Source: an uncultured bacterium
GTDB lineage: Bacteria; Patescibacteriota; Gracilibacteria; UBA1369; PNNO01
Length of the DNA stretch: 32,000 bases
Assembly (NCBI GenBank): GCA_963704705.1
Contig: OY969931.1
Location: 1,050,001 to 1,082,000, forward strand
Reading direction: 5' to 3'
A program made the position numbers and the translations under genes. The notes beneath the pieces are model-generated. The model made no database searches. It was given only the letters and a program-made list of their open reading frames with translations, and was not told the DNA's origin. Numbering within the stretch: position 1 is the stretch's first letter; every line of letters begins with the position of its first letter. Below are positions 17,090 to 25,520 of this stretch, one piece after another.

Positions 17090-19603
17090 ATGTCCCCAAT
17101 AAAGAAAATCCAAAAACGAGATGGCCGCATAGCAGATTTCGATCAGGATCGCATCACACAAGCTATCTGGAAAGCCGCGCAATCAGTAGGCGGAAGTAAT
17201 ATTGAAGAAGCTCAAAAGATATCAAATCAGGTATCTGCAGTACTTGAGGTCTTCTTTAAAAATGAAGATGAAATTCCTACTGTTGAACAAATTCAGGACC
17301 TTGTTGAAAAAATCTTAATCGAAGGAGGTCATGCAAAGACTGCTAAAGCATATATATTATGGAGGCAGAAAAGAGCTGATGAACGCGATGAAAAAGAAGC
17401 GATTCTTGGTAAAGGCAAAGGTGATGCTTCTTTAAATTTCTCTACAAACGCACTTAAAGTATTAGAAAAACGTTATCTTCTTAAAGATGACGAAGCAAAT
17501 ATAATTGAAACTCCTGAAGACTTATTAAAAAGAGTTGCGGGAGCTATTGCTAAAGCTGAAGAAAACTACGGCGGCAACATCGAAGAAATGGAAGAAAAAT
17601 TTTATAACATGATGAAAGAACTTGAGTTCATGCCTAATTCTCCGACTTTAATGAATGCAGGAACTGAACTTGGCCAGTTATCAGCATGTTTTGTCCTTCC
17701 AGTTGAAGATTCAATGGAAGGTATCTTTGAAAGCTTAAAAGATGCTGCTTTAATTCATAAAAGTGGTGGAGGTACTGGTTTTTCATTTACAAGACTAAGA
17801 CCTTCTAACGATATAGTTCACTCAACAACAGGTGTTTCAAGCGGACCAGTATCTTTTATGAAAGTATTTGATGCTGCAACCGATGTAATTAAACAAGGAG
17901 GTAAAAGACGTGGGGCAAATATGGGAATCTTAAAAATTGATCATCCGGATATTTTGGATTTCATTCAAATGAAAGCTGACATGAAAACTCTTCAGAACTT
18001 TAATATCTCTGTTGCAGTTACTGATAAATTCATGGAGGCGCTTGCAAACGATAGTGAATATGACTTACTTAATCCGCGTGATGGTGAACCAGTTAAAAAA
18101 CTAAAAGCACGAATGGTTTGGGATATTATTCTTTCTAATGCATGGAAGAATGGTGATCCTGGCTTAATCTTTATCGACCAAATCAACAGAAAAAATACTT
18201 GTCCTCATTTGGGAGAAATAGAAGCAACTAATCCATGTGGTGAACAACCATTGTTAGGATACGAGAGTTGCAATTTAGGTTCTATAAACATAAATAAATT
18301 TGTACTTGAAGATAAGTCAGATCTTGATTGGGACAGATTCAGAGAAGTTGTACATCTTGCAACCCAATTTCTTGATAATGTAATTGATGTAAACCACTAC
18401 CCTATCCAAAAAATTGCTGAAATGACACGTAAAACAAGAAAGATAGGTTTAGGTTTGATGGGATTTGCTGATGTTTGTTATCAGCTTGGTATTAAATACA
18501 ATTCTGATGAAGGAATTGCTTTTGGAGAAAAAATAATGAAATTTATAAATGATGAAGCACGAAAAAAATCTCAAATTTTAGCTGAAGTAAGAGGAACATT
18601 CCCTGCTTACGAAGGTTCAGTGCACGAAAAGAATGGTGTGAAAATGAGAAATACCTGCGTGACTACTGTTGCTCCAACAGGAACAATAGGAATGCTTGCA
18701 GAAGCATCAGGAGGTCTTGAACCAAATTTTGCAATTTCATTTATTAAAAATGTGATGGATGGTACTGAACTAGTTTATACAAATAAATATTTTGAAGAAG
18801 TTGCAAAAGAAAAAGGATTCTTCTCTAAAGATTTGATGAGAGAAATCGCGAAAGTAGGTTCAATTCAGGATTTTGATGAAATTCCACAGGATATAAAAGA
18901 TGTGTTTGTAACTGCTCAGGACATAGAACCGCAGTGGCATATCAAAATGCAGGCTGCTTTCCAAAAACATGTTGATTCTTCTGTTTCAAAAACAATCAAC
19001 TTCCCTACTGAAGCACAAATTCAGGATATTGAAGATGCTTATAAACTTGCTTATAGCCTTGGATGTAAAGGTGTAACTATCTATCGTGATAAGAGCCGTG
19101 AATCGCAGGTATTAAATATTGGAAAGGTTAATAAACAAAGTGAGCAAAAAGAAAGCTCTATGGAACGGGCAACAGCAAGAGAAGTAAAAAAAGCAGAGCC
19201 AAAACAGGAAGAAGTAAACAGAGCGACTGAAAGGAGCTCTATGGAACGAAGTGAAGCGAAAACTGAAATTAATTCTGAAAGAGAGAACGGAACAATTAAA
19301 GAATCTGCTCAGGCACAAGAAGTCAGCTTGCCGATTGTTACACCAGATGAAAATCAAACACAGATTTCTGCAAGTTATCAAGGGGGATCATCTAGCAGTG
19401 CTGAAGAATTTACTCTTCCGCCGATTCAGCCTGTAAGACAACATAAACACGTTGGTTCAGCTGCAGTTGCAGTTGAAGAGAAAGTCCTTACTAAAAAAGA
19501 AATTATGGATCAGAAAGTATGCCCTGAGTGCCAAACCAAGCTTCAGATAGCTGAAGGATGCATGCTTTGTTTGTCTTGCGGATTCTCAGCCTGTTCAATA
19601 TAA
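17090..19603 (+). CDS. nrdJ: Class II (adenosylcobalamin-dependent) ribonucleotide reductase with an N-terminal ATP-cone and a C-terminal Cys-rich zinc-finger tail
   Basis: ATP-cone: 'IQKRDGRIADFDQDRITQAIWKA'. Catalytic motifs: 'TNPCGEQPL', 'ESCNLGSINI', 'RKIGLGLMGFAD', 'APTGTIGMLAEASGGLEP' and 'SVSKTINFP'. C-terminal tail: 'CPECQTKLQIAEGCMLCLSCGFSAC'. Confidence 0.93.
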   Translation: MSPIKKIQKRDGRIADFDQDRITQAIWKAAQSVGGSNIEEAQKISNQVSAVLEVFFKNEDEIPTVEQIQDLVEKILIEGGHAKTAKAYILWRQKRADERDEKEAILGKGKGDASLNFSTNALKVLEKRYLLKDDEANIIETPEDLLKRVAGAIAKAEENYGGNIEEMEEKFYNMMKELEFMPNSPTLMNAGTELGQLSACFVLPVEDSMEGIFESLKDAALIHKSGGGTGFSFTRLRPSNDIVHSTTGVSSGPVSFMKVFDAATDVIKQGGKRRGANMGILKIDHPDILDFIQMKADMKTLQNFNISVAVTDKFMEALANDSEYDLLNPRDGEPVKKLKARMVWDIILSNAWKNGDPGLIFIDQINRKNTCPHLGEIEATNPCGEQPLLGYESCNLGSININKFVLEDKSDLDWDRFREVVHLATQFLDNVIDVNHYPIQKIAEMTRKTRKIGLGLMGFADVCYQLGIKYNSDEGIAFGEKIMKFINDEARKKSQILAEVRGTFPAYEGSVHEKNGVKMRNTCVTTVAPTGTIGMLAEASGGLEPNFAISFIKNVMDGTELVYTNKYFEEVAKEKGFFSKDLMREIAKVGSIQDFDEIPQDIKDVFVTAQDIEPQWHIKMQAAFQKHVDSSVSKTINFPTEAQIQDIEDAYKLAYSLGCKGVTIYRDKSRESQVLNIGKVNKQSEQKESSMERATAREVKKAEPKQEEVNRATERSSMERSEAKTEINSERENGTIKESAQAQEVSLPIVTPDENQTQISASYQGGSSSSAEEFTLPPIQPVRQHKHVGSAAVAVEEKVLTKKEIMDQKVCPECQTKLQIAEGCMLCLSCGFSACSI

Positions 19604-19621
19604 TAGGCGCACATATTAAAA

Positions 19622-21907
19622 ATGACTCTAATGAATAAGCTCTTTTTTGCTGAATCAAAATTAATATTCAAAACTTCAAAACCGGCTGAAAATCTTGGTG
19701 ATACCGAACAAGCAGCGGAAGGCCTGCACGACGGAACCTACAGAGATACCCGTGAAGCACAACGAGTCATGCTGGAACAATCAAAATTAAAATCGCGTCT
19801 TGCTGAAAGCGATATTTTTAGTGATGAAGATAAAAAGCAGTGGGCAAAACGATTGGAAGAAGCAAAACAAAAAGCTATTTCCGCTGAAGAAATGCAGGAA
19901 CTAACCAAAGAATTTGAAAAACAACAGGGTGCAATAAAAGGAATGGTTGAAAACTACACTCAAAAAGTTATGAATAGCAGAGAAACTGCTTTTACAATTG
20001 ATACATCACGTAATCTCGATACTGCAAAGGATTATGTGGAATGGTTTGCAAAACAATCCTTTGAAGAAAAACAAAAAGCTTTAAATGTAATTGATTCAGA
20101 TATTAAAGAAAGACAAGAATTAAGAAGAAAACTATTAGAAAGATTTAATAAAAAAGATGTTATTAAACTTCGAAGAAGTGAAATGCGGGATAAGGTTAAG
20201 GAACTTGAGCAAATGGAGAAAAACGAAGGAAGGTATGCTGAAATGATGAAAGAAAATGAACGTTATTTTCATGACCCTAATGAATATTTAAATCAATTCA
20301 AAGATAAAACTCTGGAAGAACAGGAGCGATGGATTGCTGTATTTAAAGAGGAATATCTAAAACCAAGAAAAGCACTTGTTGATATTTACGATAGACTTCC
20401 CGATAAATATAAAAACGATTCAAAATTCCTAAAAGTCGGGAAAAAAGAAAAAATGGCATTTCTTGAAAAACTGGATATTCAGTTGGAACAATCATATATA
20501 AAACAGGTTAACGAGGTTAAAACAGAAGTCATGTCGCAAAACTCAAAACGTTTTGCAATTGTAGATTTTTTAAGATTAAAAGATGTTGCTGCCAAAGCAA
20601 TGTGGCTTGAACAACTTCCAAAATCAATAAAAGCAGAAGAAAAGTTTGCAAAAGAATACAAAGAATATAAAAAAGATCTTTCATTAAAAATGCCTAATAG
20701 CGGAGAAAAACTTGAAATTACAGGTTATAGTGAAAAAGAATGGAACAATTTAAAATTTGAAGATAAAGAACCATTATTAAAAAAAATGAAAGCTGAGATC
20801 AAGTTAAAAGAACCATTCCTGAAAATTATCAATGAAGCTGTTAAAGACGGAAGTATAAGCAAAAAAACAGCTGACAGATATCTCACATTATTTAGCGAGG
20901 GTAATATTAGCGGAAGAAGTCAGTTATGCAGAAATATTTTAACTGCAATGAAAATCAGACGTGATCTTGTAAAAGATTTCGAACAATTTGATGAAGAAAC
21001 AAAGAATAAATTCAAATCATTTTATGAACGCGGACACAAAGCAAGAATGCAAATTTATCAGGAAGCAAAATTATTTGAATCAAAAAAGAAAACAGAGGAA
21101 GAAACTGAAGCAAAAAAAGAAGAAGAGGAAGAAGTTGAAAAAGCTCCAAAAGCCCTTGAAAGCAAAGAAATTCAGGAAATTATTGAAGAACTTCATAAAG
21201 ATGCTGACAAATTCGAAGCTGAAGGTGAATATGAAAGATGCCTTGATAAACATGAAGACGTACTTAAACTACATCCTCAAAATGAATATAGTCTTAAAAA
21301 AATCAGTGAAATAAACGAAGAAATGGAGACAATCGATTCAATAATGGACAAAGATATCCAGGATGCTGTTGAAAAAGAAGCAAAAACCGGAAGTATTCAG
21401 GAAGAACTTAATCAAATTGCTTTGGCAGAAATGTTACGTAAAGATCGTGAAGAAGTAATTACTTATAACAGAGGAGTTGAAAATTTAGGTAAACAAACAA
21501 CACATTTAAGTGATGATTCATTTGACAGAAATGTTCAAAGAAAAATTTATGAAACAAGCGGTGGTAAACAAATGCTTGATGAAGAAGGCCGTGTTACTGA
21601 TATCGAGGAAGTTGATTTAAATACACTCGGAAAAAGAGATAAATCAGATATAAGATATTATCGCGATAGACTAAGAAGCCTTAAAAATGATGATAATCTA
21701 ACAAATATAAGATTTGTTGACCAAAATTCAGGTCGTGAACTAAGAATTGACGAAGCAACCAAGCAGCTTGATAAGCGAAAAATGGCAGCTGCAAAGGCAA
21801 TAGCTGGTAGAGTTAAAGGCATGAATAAAAAGGATGCGCAAAAAGTATTATTTACCGCTTCTCAATTAATTGAAAATCAGGTTGATAAGAATACTCAGGC
21901 AGGCTAA
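19622..21907 (+). CDS. Large Lys/Glu-rich, predicted coiled-coil protein of unknown function
   Basis: 761-aa uninterrupted ORF starting 18 nt after the nrdJ stop. It has no TM helix or signal peptide, heptad-like charged repeats throughout, and one TPR-like segment ('AEGEYERCLDKHEDVLKLHPQNEYSLKKI'). Track ORFs 20479-20661(-) and 20988-21314(+) are low-complexity shadows. Confidence 0.7.
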   Translation: MTLMNKLFFAESKLIFKTSKPAENLGDTEQAAEGLHDGTYRDTREAQRVMLEQSKLKSRLAESDIFSDEDKKQWAKRLEEAKQKAISAEEMQELTKEFEKQQGAIKGMVENYTQKVMNSRETAFTIDTSRNLDTAKDYVEWFAKQSFEEKQKALNVIDSDIKERQELRRKLLERFNKKDVIKLRRSEMRDKVKELEQMEKNEGRYAEMMKENERYFHDPNEYLNQFKDKTLEEQERWIAVFKEEYLKPRKALVDIYDRLPDKYKNDSKFLKVGKKEKMAFLEKLDIQLEQSYIKQVNEVKTEVMSQNSKRFAIVDFLRLKDVAAKAMWLEQLPKSIKAEEKFAKEYKEYKKDLSLKMPNSGEKLEITGYSEKEWNNLKFEDKEPLLKKMKAEIKLKEPFLKIINEAVKDGSISKKTADRYLTLFSEGNISGRSQLCRNILTAMKIRRDLVKDFEQFDEETKNKFKSFYERGHKARMQIYQEAKLFESKKKTEEETEAKKEEEEEVEKAPKALESKEIQEIIEELHKDADKFEAEGEYERCLDKHEDVLKLHPQNEYSLKKISEINEEMETIDSIMDKDIQDAVEKEAKTGSIQEELNQIALAEMLRKDREEVITYNRGVENLGKQTTHLSDDSFDRNVQRKIYETSGGKQMLDEEGRVTDIEEVDLNTLGKRDKSDIRYYRDRLRSLKNDDNLTNIRFVDQNSGRELRIDEATKQLDKRKMAAAKAIAGRVKGMNKKDAQKVLFTASQLIENQVDKNTQAG

Positions 21908-22239
21908 CAGGTTAAATGAAATCCTCCAGCTACATTTTTCCCTTCTTTTTCAATTTTGTTAAATGTTTGGCTCGCATCTTCGGTCCATTCAACTATTACT
22001 TTTATCCCCTTTTTTTCAAGGGCCTTTTTTGTTTCTTCAGGAAATTTACACCTTCCGCTTGCACCATTCCCCATAACAAAAATGTCAATTCCTTTGGGGA
22101 TGGCTTTTGTGTCTTCAAGGTCAACATTATGACCCTGATTTCGATGCCATTCTTCAACCTTATCTTTATAAACTATTACATCGTGCTGATAATTAATGCC
22201 ATTAATTGTTATTGAACCAAATTTATATGAATTAATCAT
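21904..22239 (-). CDS. Mth938/AAMDC-like domain protein
   Basis: 111 aa. 'FGSITINGINYQHDVIVY', 'IDIFVMGNGASG' and the C-terminal 'VAGGFHLTC' closely parallel the Mth938-domain pattern; human AAMDC ends ...GGVFHSTC. Confidence 0.8.
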   Translation of the reverse strand: MINSYKFGSITINGINYQHDVIVYKDKVEEWHRNQGHNVDLEDTKAIPKGIDIFVMGNGASGRCKFPEETKKALEKKGIKVIVEWTEDASQTFNKIEKEGKNVAGGFHLTC

Positions 22240-22242
22240 TTA

Positions 22243-22758
22243 TTAAAGATTATGAATGATATCATCAAAATCACGGCGCGGTTTAAATTGCGGTTTTTCA
22301 TTAGGAATGCCTATTGGAAGTATAGAAACAGGTATTAACGATTCGTCTATGCCTAAAACTTCTCTAACCTTATCAACATCAAACCCCCCCACCCAAACAC
22401 TTCCATATCCAAGATCAGCAGCTGCAAGCTGCGAGTATGTACAGGCAATTGAACTGTCTTCCAAACAATAAAGCTTTTCGCCACGTATATTATATTTTAC
22501 TTTTGAACGATCCGGATTTGCACAAAATACGAAACAATGCGATGCTTCCTTCACACAAGCCTGATCATTTGCAGCTTTTGAAAGTAGGAGTTTTTTATCA
22601 TTATCTTTAATTACAAAAATTTCATAAGCTTGAAGATTCCCTGCTGATGGCGCTTTTATTGCTGCTTGTAAGATTTCCTTTATGTCATCTTCTGGAATCA
22701 ATTCATTTTTAAAAGTTCTGATGGATTGACGTTTAGCAATTAAATTAAAAAATTCCAT
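22243..22758 (-). CDS. Nitroreductase family protein
   Basis: 171 aa. The N-terminus 'IAKRQSIRTFKNELIPEDDIKEILQAAIKAPSAGNLQAYEIFVI' is the canonical nitroreductase N-terminus. It lies 3 nt upstream of the Mth938-like gene, so the two are probably an operon. Confidence 0.88.
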   Translation of the reverse strand: MEFFNLIAKRQSIRTFKNELIPEDDIKEILQAAIKAPSAGNLQAYEIFVIKDNDKKLLLSKAANDQACVKEASHCFVFCANPDRSKVKYNIRGEKLYCLEDSSIACTYSQLAAADLGYGSVWVGGFDVDKVREVLGIDESLIPVSILPIGIPNEKPQFKPRRDFDDIIHNL

Positions 22759-22836
22759 ATTTAGTTTGTTAGTTAACTATCTCCCTTTATTTTAAGCCAA
22801 AAATATGCTAAAATAAAGGGAACTTAAAAAAACAAA

Positions 22837-23361
22837 ATGACAATTATATACTTATTAATACTTGCTATAACACTTCTTTATATTTCAACAGCTCTTGTAA
22901 GTCTGATACTTAGAGTTCCTTATGTTCCGACCAAAAAAAGAGTTATGCATAAAATATTAAAGGAAGCGAAACTTAAAAAAGGTGAAAAATTTTATGATCT
23001 TGGCTGTGGTGACGGCAGAATGGTTATTGAAGCTGAAAAACTAAAAAAAGTTAATGCACATGGTTATGAAATTGCTCCGCTTGTATATTTTCTGGCAATT
23101 TTCAGAAAATTTTTCAGCAATTCAAAAGCAAAAATTCATTTTAAAAACTTTTTTCATGAAAGTTTGAAAGATGCAGATGTTATTTTTTGTTATTTAATGC
23201 CCAGAGAACTTCAAAAACTCGCATTAAAAATAAAAAAAGAATGTAAAAAAGGCACTAGAATCATAAGTAACACTTTTCAAATACAGGGGCTTGAACCCAT
23301 TAGAATAATCAAAAAAAATGAAAAAACAAAAATACCAACACTCTACTTCTACAAAATTTAA
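22837..23361 (+). CDS. Membrane-anchored class I SAM-dependent methyltransferase (paralogue 1)
   Basis: N-terminal TM helix 'IIYLLILAITLLYISTALVSLIL', then 'VPYVPTKKRVMHKILKEAKLKKGEKFYDLGCGDGRMVIEA', which contains the glycine-rich SAM motif I (DLGCGDG). Confidence 0.8.
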   Translation: MTIIYLLILAITLLYISTALVSLILRVPYVPTKKRVMHKILKEAKLKKGEKFYDLGCGDGRMVIEAEKLKKVNAHGYEIAPLVYFLAIFRKFFSNSKAKIHFKNFFHESLKDADVIFCYLMPRELQKLALKIKKECKKGTRIISNTFQIQGLEPIRIIKKNEKTKIPTLYFYKI

Positions 23362-23374
23362 ATTTCTTGATTTT

Positions 23375-24010
23375 ATGACCTTCATTTTCGTAAGTGGATT
23401 TACGTTATTTGTTTTGTATTTAACAACGCAAATGGATTTAAATATTATTACAGTAATTTTATATTTGTTTTTTGGCATACCAACAATAATTGCTTTAATT
23501 CAAGGGGCCCCATTTGTTCCAACACCAATGCGTGCAGTAAGAAAAATGCTTAAAACAGCCGGAGTTAAAAAAGGAGACAAAGTAATTGATATAGGCTGCG
23601 GCGACGGAAGACTTTGCTACCTGGCATCCAAAGAATTCGGGGCTGACTCAATTGGCTATGAATTATCCCCTTTTGTGTTCTTTGTTGCAAAAATAAGACA
23701 ACTATTATGGCGTTCAAAAGCAAAAATTAAATTCGGGGATTTTAGAAATCATGATTTATCTCAGGCTAATCATATTGTTACTTACATGCTGCCTGAAACT
23801 CTTGAAAAATTTATTCCAAAATTTGAAAAAGATTTAAAAAAAGGCGCAAAAATAACTTCGTACGCTTTTCATATTGGTGATTGGGTGCCTGTTCGTGTTG
23901 AGCCATCATGCAAAACTGAATCTATTTCTAAGATATGGGTATATGAAATAGGCAAACAAAAGAGACGAGCTAGCGAGTCTCTCGCGAGCGAAAACTTATC
24001 GCGAGCGTAG
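23375..24010 (+). CDS. Membrane-anchored class I SAM-dependent methyltransferase (paralogue 2)
   Basis: 'APFVPTPMRAVRKMLKTAGVKKGDKVIDIGCGDGRLCYLA' aligns collinearly with paralogue 1. I prefer ATG 23375 (MTFIFVSGF..., parallel to MTIIYLLIL... of paralogue 1). The longest ORF starts at 23318 and would overlap the upstream gene by 44 nt. Confidence 0.78.
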   Translation: MTFIFVSGFTLFVLYLTTQMDLNIITVILYLFFGIPTIIALIQGAPFVPTPMRAVRKMLKTAGVKKGDKVIDIGCGDGRLCYLASKEFGADSIGYELSPFVFFVAKIRQLLWRSKAKIKFGDFRNHDLSQANHIVTYMLPETLEKFIPKFEKDLKKGAKITSYAFHIGDWVPVRVEPSCKTESISKIWVYEIGKQKRRASESLASENLSRA

Positions 24011-24032
24011 CGTGAGCCCTGCTTAGCAGGGC
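23961..24032. repeat. GC-rich composite palindromic/direct-repeat element at a convergent gene junction
   Basis: AGAGAC (23961-23966) pairs with GTCTCT (23977-23982). The 9-mer TCGCGAGCG occurs twice, at 23982-23990 and 23999-24007. A perfect hairpin is formed by GCCCTGC (24016-24022), TTA, GCAGGGC (24026-24032). The element is markedly more GC-rich than its surroundings. It encodes the C-terminal tails of both convergent genes. Confidence 0.7.
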
Positions 24033-25499
24033 GAACCCAATACATATTAAATAGTACCCTATAAAATGAAATACAGAAAACCAGTTGGCTTCAAAAGAAG
24101 CAAACGGCAGATTTGCTAATATTTCTGTTATTTTAATTATATATTTTAAACAGAGCCAAGCCGGCATCATTAAAATAAATCCCAAATTAAAACTCAAATA
24201 ACTGGATACGACTGAAATAAATCCAAAAAGCATTGCAAAAGGTATAAACGGTACAACCAATACATTTGCAATAGGCGAGATTAATGAAAGCCTTTTAAAA
24301 TTAAACATAATTACAGGCAAAGCAAAAATTTGTGCGCTAAAAGTCATAGCAAATGCTTCACGCAGACCAAATTGATCAGGTAAAAACCTGAACAATTTCT
24401 CTAAATGATTCCCGGTTAAAATAAGCCCTAGTGTTGCCAAAAAAGACAGTTGAAAACCAGCATCATATAGTAAGGTGAAAGGGTTAATTAAAATCATAAT
24501 AAATGCTGACATTAAAAGTGCGTTTATTACCTGCGACTGTCTGCCGAACCAAAGCGCAATCACAGCAACTATGCCCATAATTGAAGCCCTGACAACAGCA
24601 GCTGAAGCACCCACAAATAAAGTAAAAACAACAATAATAACAATTATAACCGGGATTTTTGCATTTCTGGAAAGACTCTTAAAAAGCCCTGATATAAGAA
24701 CAATTATTAAAGAAATATTGTAACCGGAAATTGCGATTATATGTGTTAATCCAGTTAAATTGAAATTAAGCAGTAATTCTTCTGGTATACCTTTTCGTGA
24801 ACCTGTAAGTAATCCTGCTTCAAAACTGGCCATTGGTTCAGGCATTAATTTATTTAATTGATCTTCAAAATTACTTTTAATATTAAATAATATGGCAAAA
24901 AAGAAACTCTCGTTATTTTGGCTTATCAAATAAACTCTTGGGCTATACATTACCGAATAAACATTAAAAAGACTTAAATAATTTTTATAAGAAAACGTAT
25001 CAAACTCCATTGGAGCTGTTAATCTGCCCTTAATTTTAACTTTATCTCCATAATTAAATTCAGGATACAAATCCATACTAAAAAGAACCCTGCCTTTAAC
25101 TTCGCGCTTGGATCCGTTAATTAAAATATTCTCAGCTTCAAGAATATAATTTGCCTTATCTCTTCTCCTGTCCGGATTTTCAACTATATTACCTTCTATT
25201 TCAATTAATTGTTCATCATTTTGATAATAATGAATAGAATTTTGGTCAATGATTGGATGAGCAATTTGAATTCGCACAAAACCAACAATAAAAAATAATG
25301 CCCAAATCAATATTATTTTTTTTCTTAAAATTACAGTACTTAAAATCAGGGAAATTATTATTAAAATTAAAAACATTAAATCAGCATCAAATTTCTCGAA
25401 AATAAACACTGAGGCGAGAAAAAATATAATTGAAATTTTTAAATAAAAACCTTTCATGTTAGCAATTATAAAACTCGAATTTAAAGTTTTTATAAACAA
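23970..25499 (-). CDS. comEC: ComEC/Rec2 DNA internalisation channel protein (OB-fold N-domain plus competence domain; no metallo-beta-lactamase domain)
   Basis: 509 aa and polytopic. 'EAGLLTGSRKGIPEELLLNFNLTGLTHIIAISGYNISLI' is the ComEC competence-domain signature. The N-terminal soluble insert 'IEIEGNIVENPDRRRDKANYILEAENILINGSKREVKGRVLF' fits the OB-fold domain. An alternative start is ATG at 25457. Confidence 0.88.
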   Translation of the reverse strand: MFIKTLNSSFIIANMKGFYLKISIIFFLASVFIFEKFDADLMFLILIIISLILSTVILRKKIILIWALFFIVGFVRIQIAHPIIDQNSIHYYQNDEQLIEIEGNIVENPDRRRDKANYILEAENILINGSKREVKGRVLFSMDLYPEFNYGDKVKIKGRLTAPMEFDTFSYKNYLSLFNVYSVMYSPRVYLISQNNESFFFAILFNIKSNFEDQLNKLMPEPMASFEAGLLTGSRKGIPEELLLNFNLTGLTHIIAISGYNISLIIVLISGLFKSLSRNAKIPVIIVIIVVFTLFVGASAAVVRASIMGIVAVIALWFGRQSQVINALLMSAFIMILINPFTLLYDAGFQLSFLATLGLILTGNHLEKLFRFLPDQFGLREAFAMTFSAQIFALPVIMFNFKRLSLISPIANVLVVPFIPFAMLFGFISVVSSYLSFNLGFILMMPAWLCLKYIIKITEILANLPFASFEANWFSVFHFIGYYLICIGFALLSRAHATLAISFRSRETR

Positions 25500-25520
25500 A
25501 ATCTAAAATTTTTATATAGG

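Noticed and set aside
16913-17182. Track ORF (89 aa, minus strand) spanning the nrdJ start region
   Set aside because: It overlaps the ATP-cone coding start of nrdJ in antisense and extends into the leader. It has no motif and a composition typical of a shadow ORF.
19124-19519. Intein inserted in NrdJ
   Set aside because: The insert is low-complexity Ser/Glu/Lys sequence. It has no Cys/Ser-initiated block A, no TxxH block B and no terminal HN-Cys/Ser/Thr. It also lies after the catalytic core rather than at a conserved site.
20988-21314. Lys-rich 108-aa plus-strand ORF and the other embedded track ORFs. These include 2630-2818, 2712-2912, 4775-5038, 5202-5408, 5616-5963, 7735-7947, 9448-9630, 10076-10285, 10784-11017, 11378-11584, 11725-11934, 13124-13342, 13933-14121, 14414-14647, 14912-15100, 17992-18186, 19112-19381, 19251-19436, 21916-22215, 22256-22471, 23224-23478, 24475-24723, 26471-26752, 27164-27460, 28636-28863, 29332-29556 and 30551-30784.
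   Set aside because: Each lies wholly or largely inside a longer ORF that carries recognisable conserved motifs. They are alternative-frame or antisense shadows favoured by the AT-rich, purine-skewed composition.
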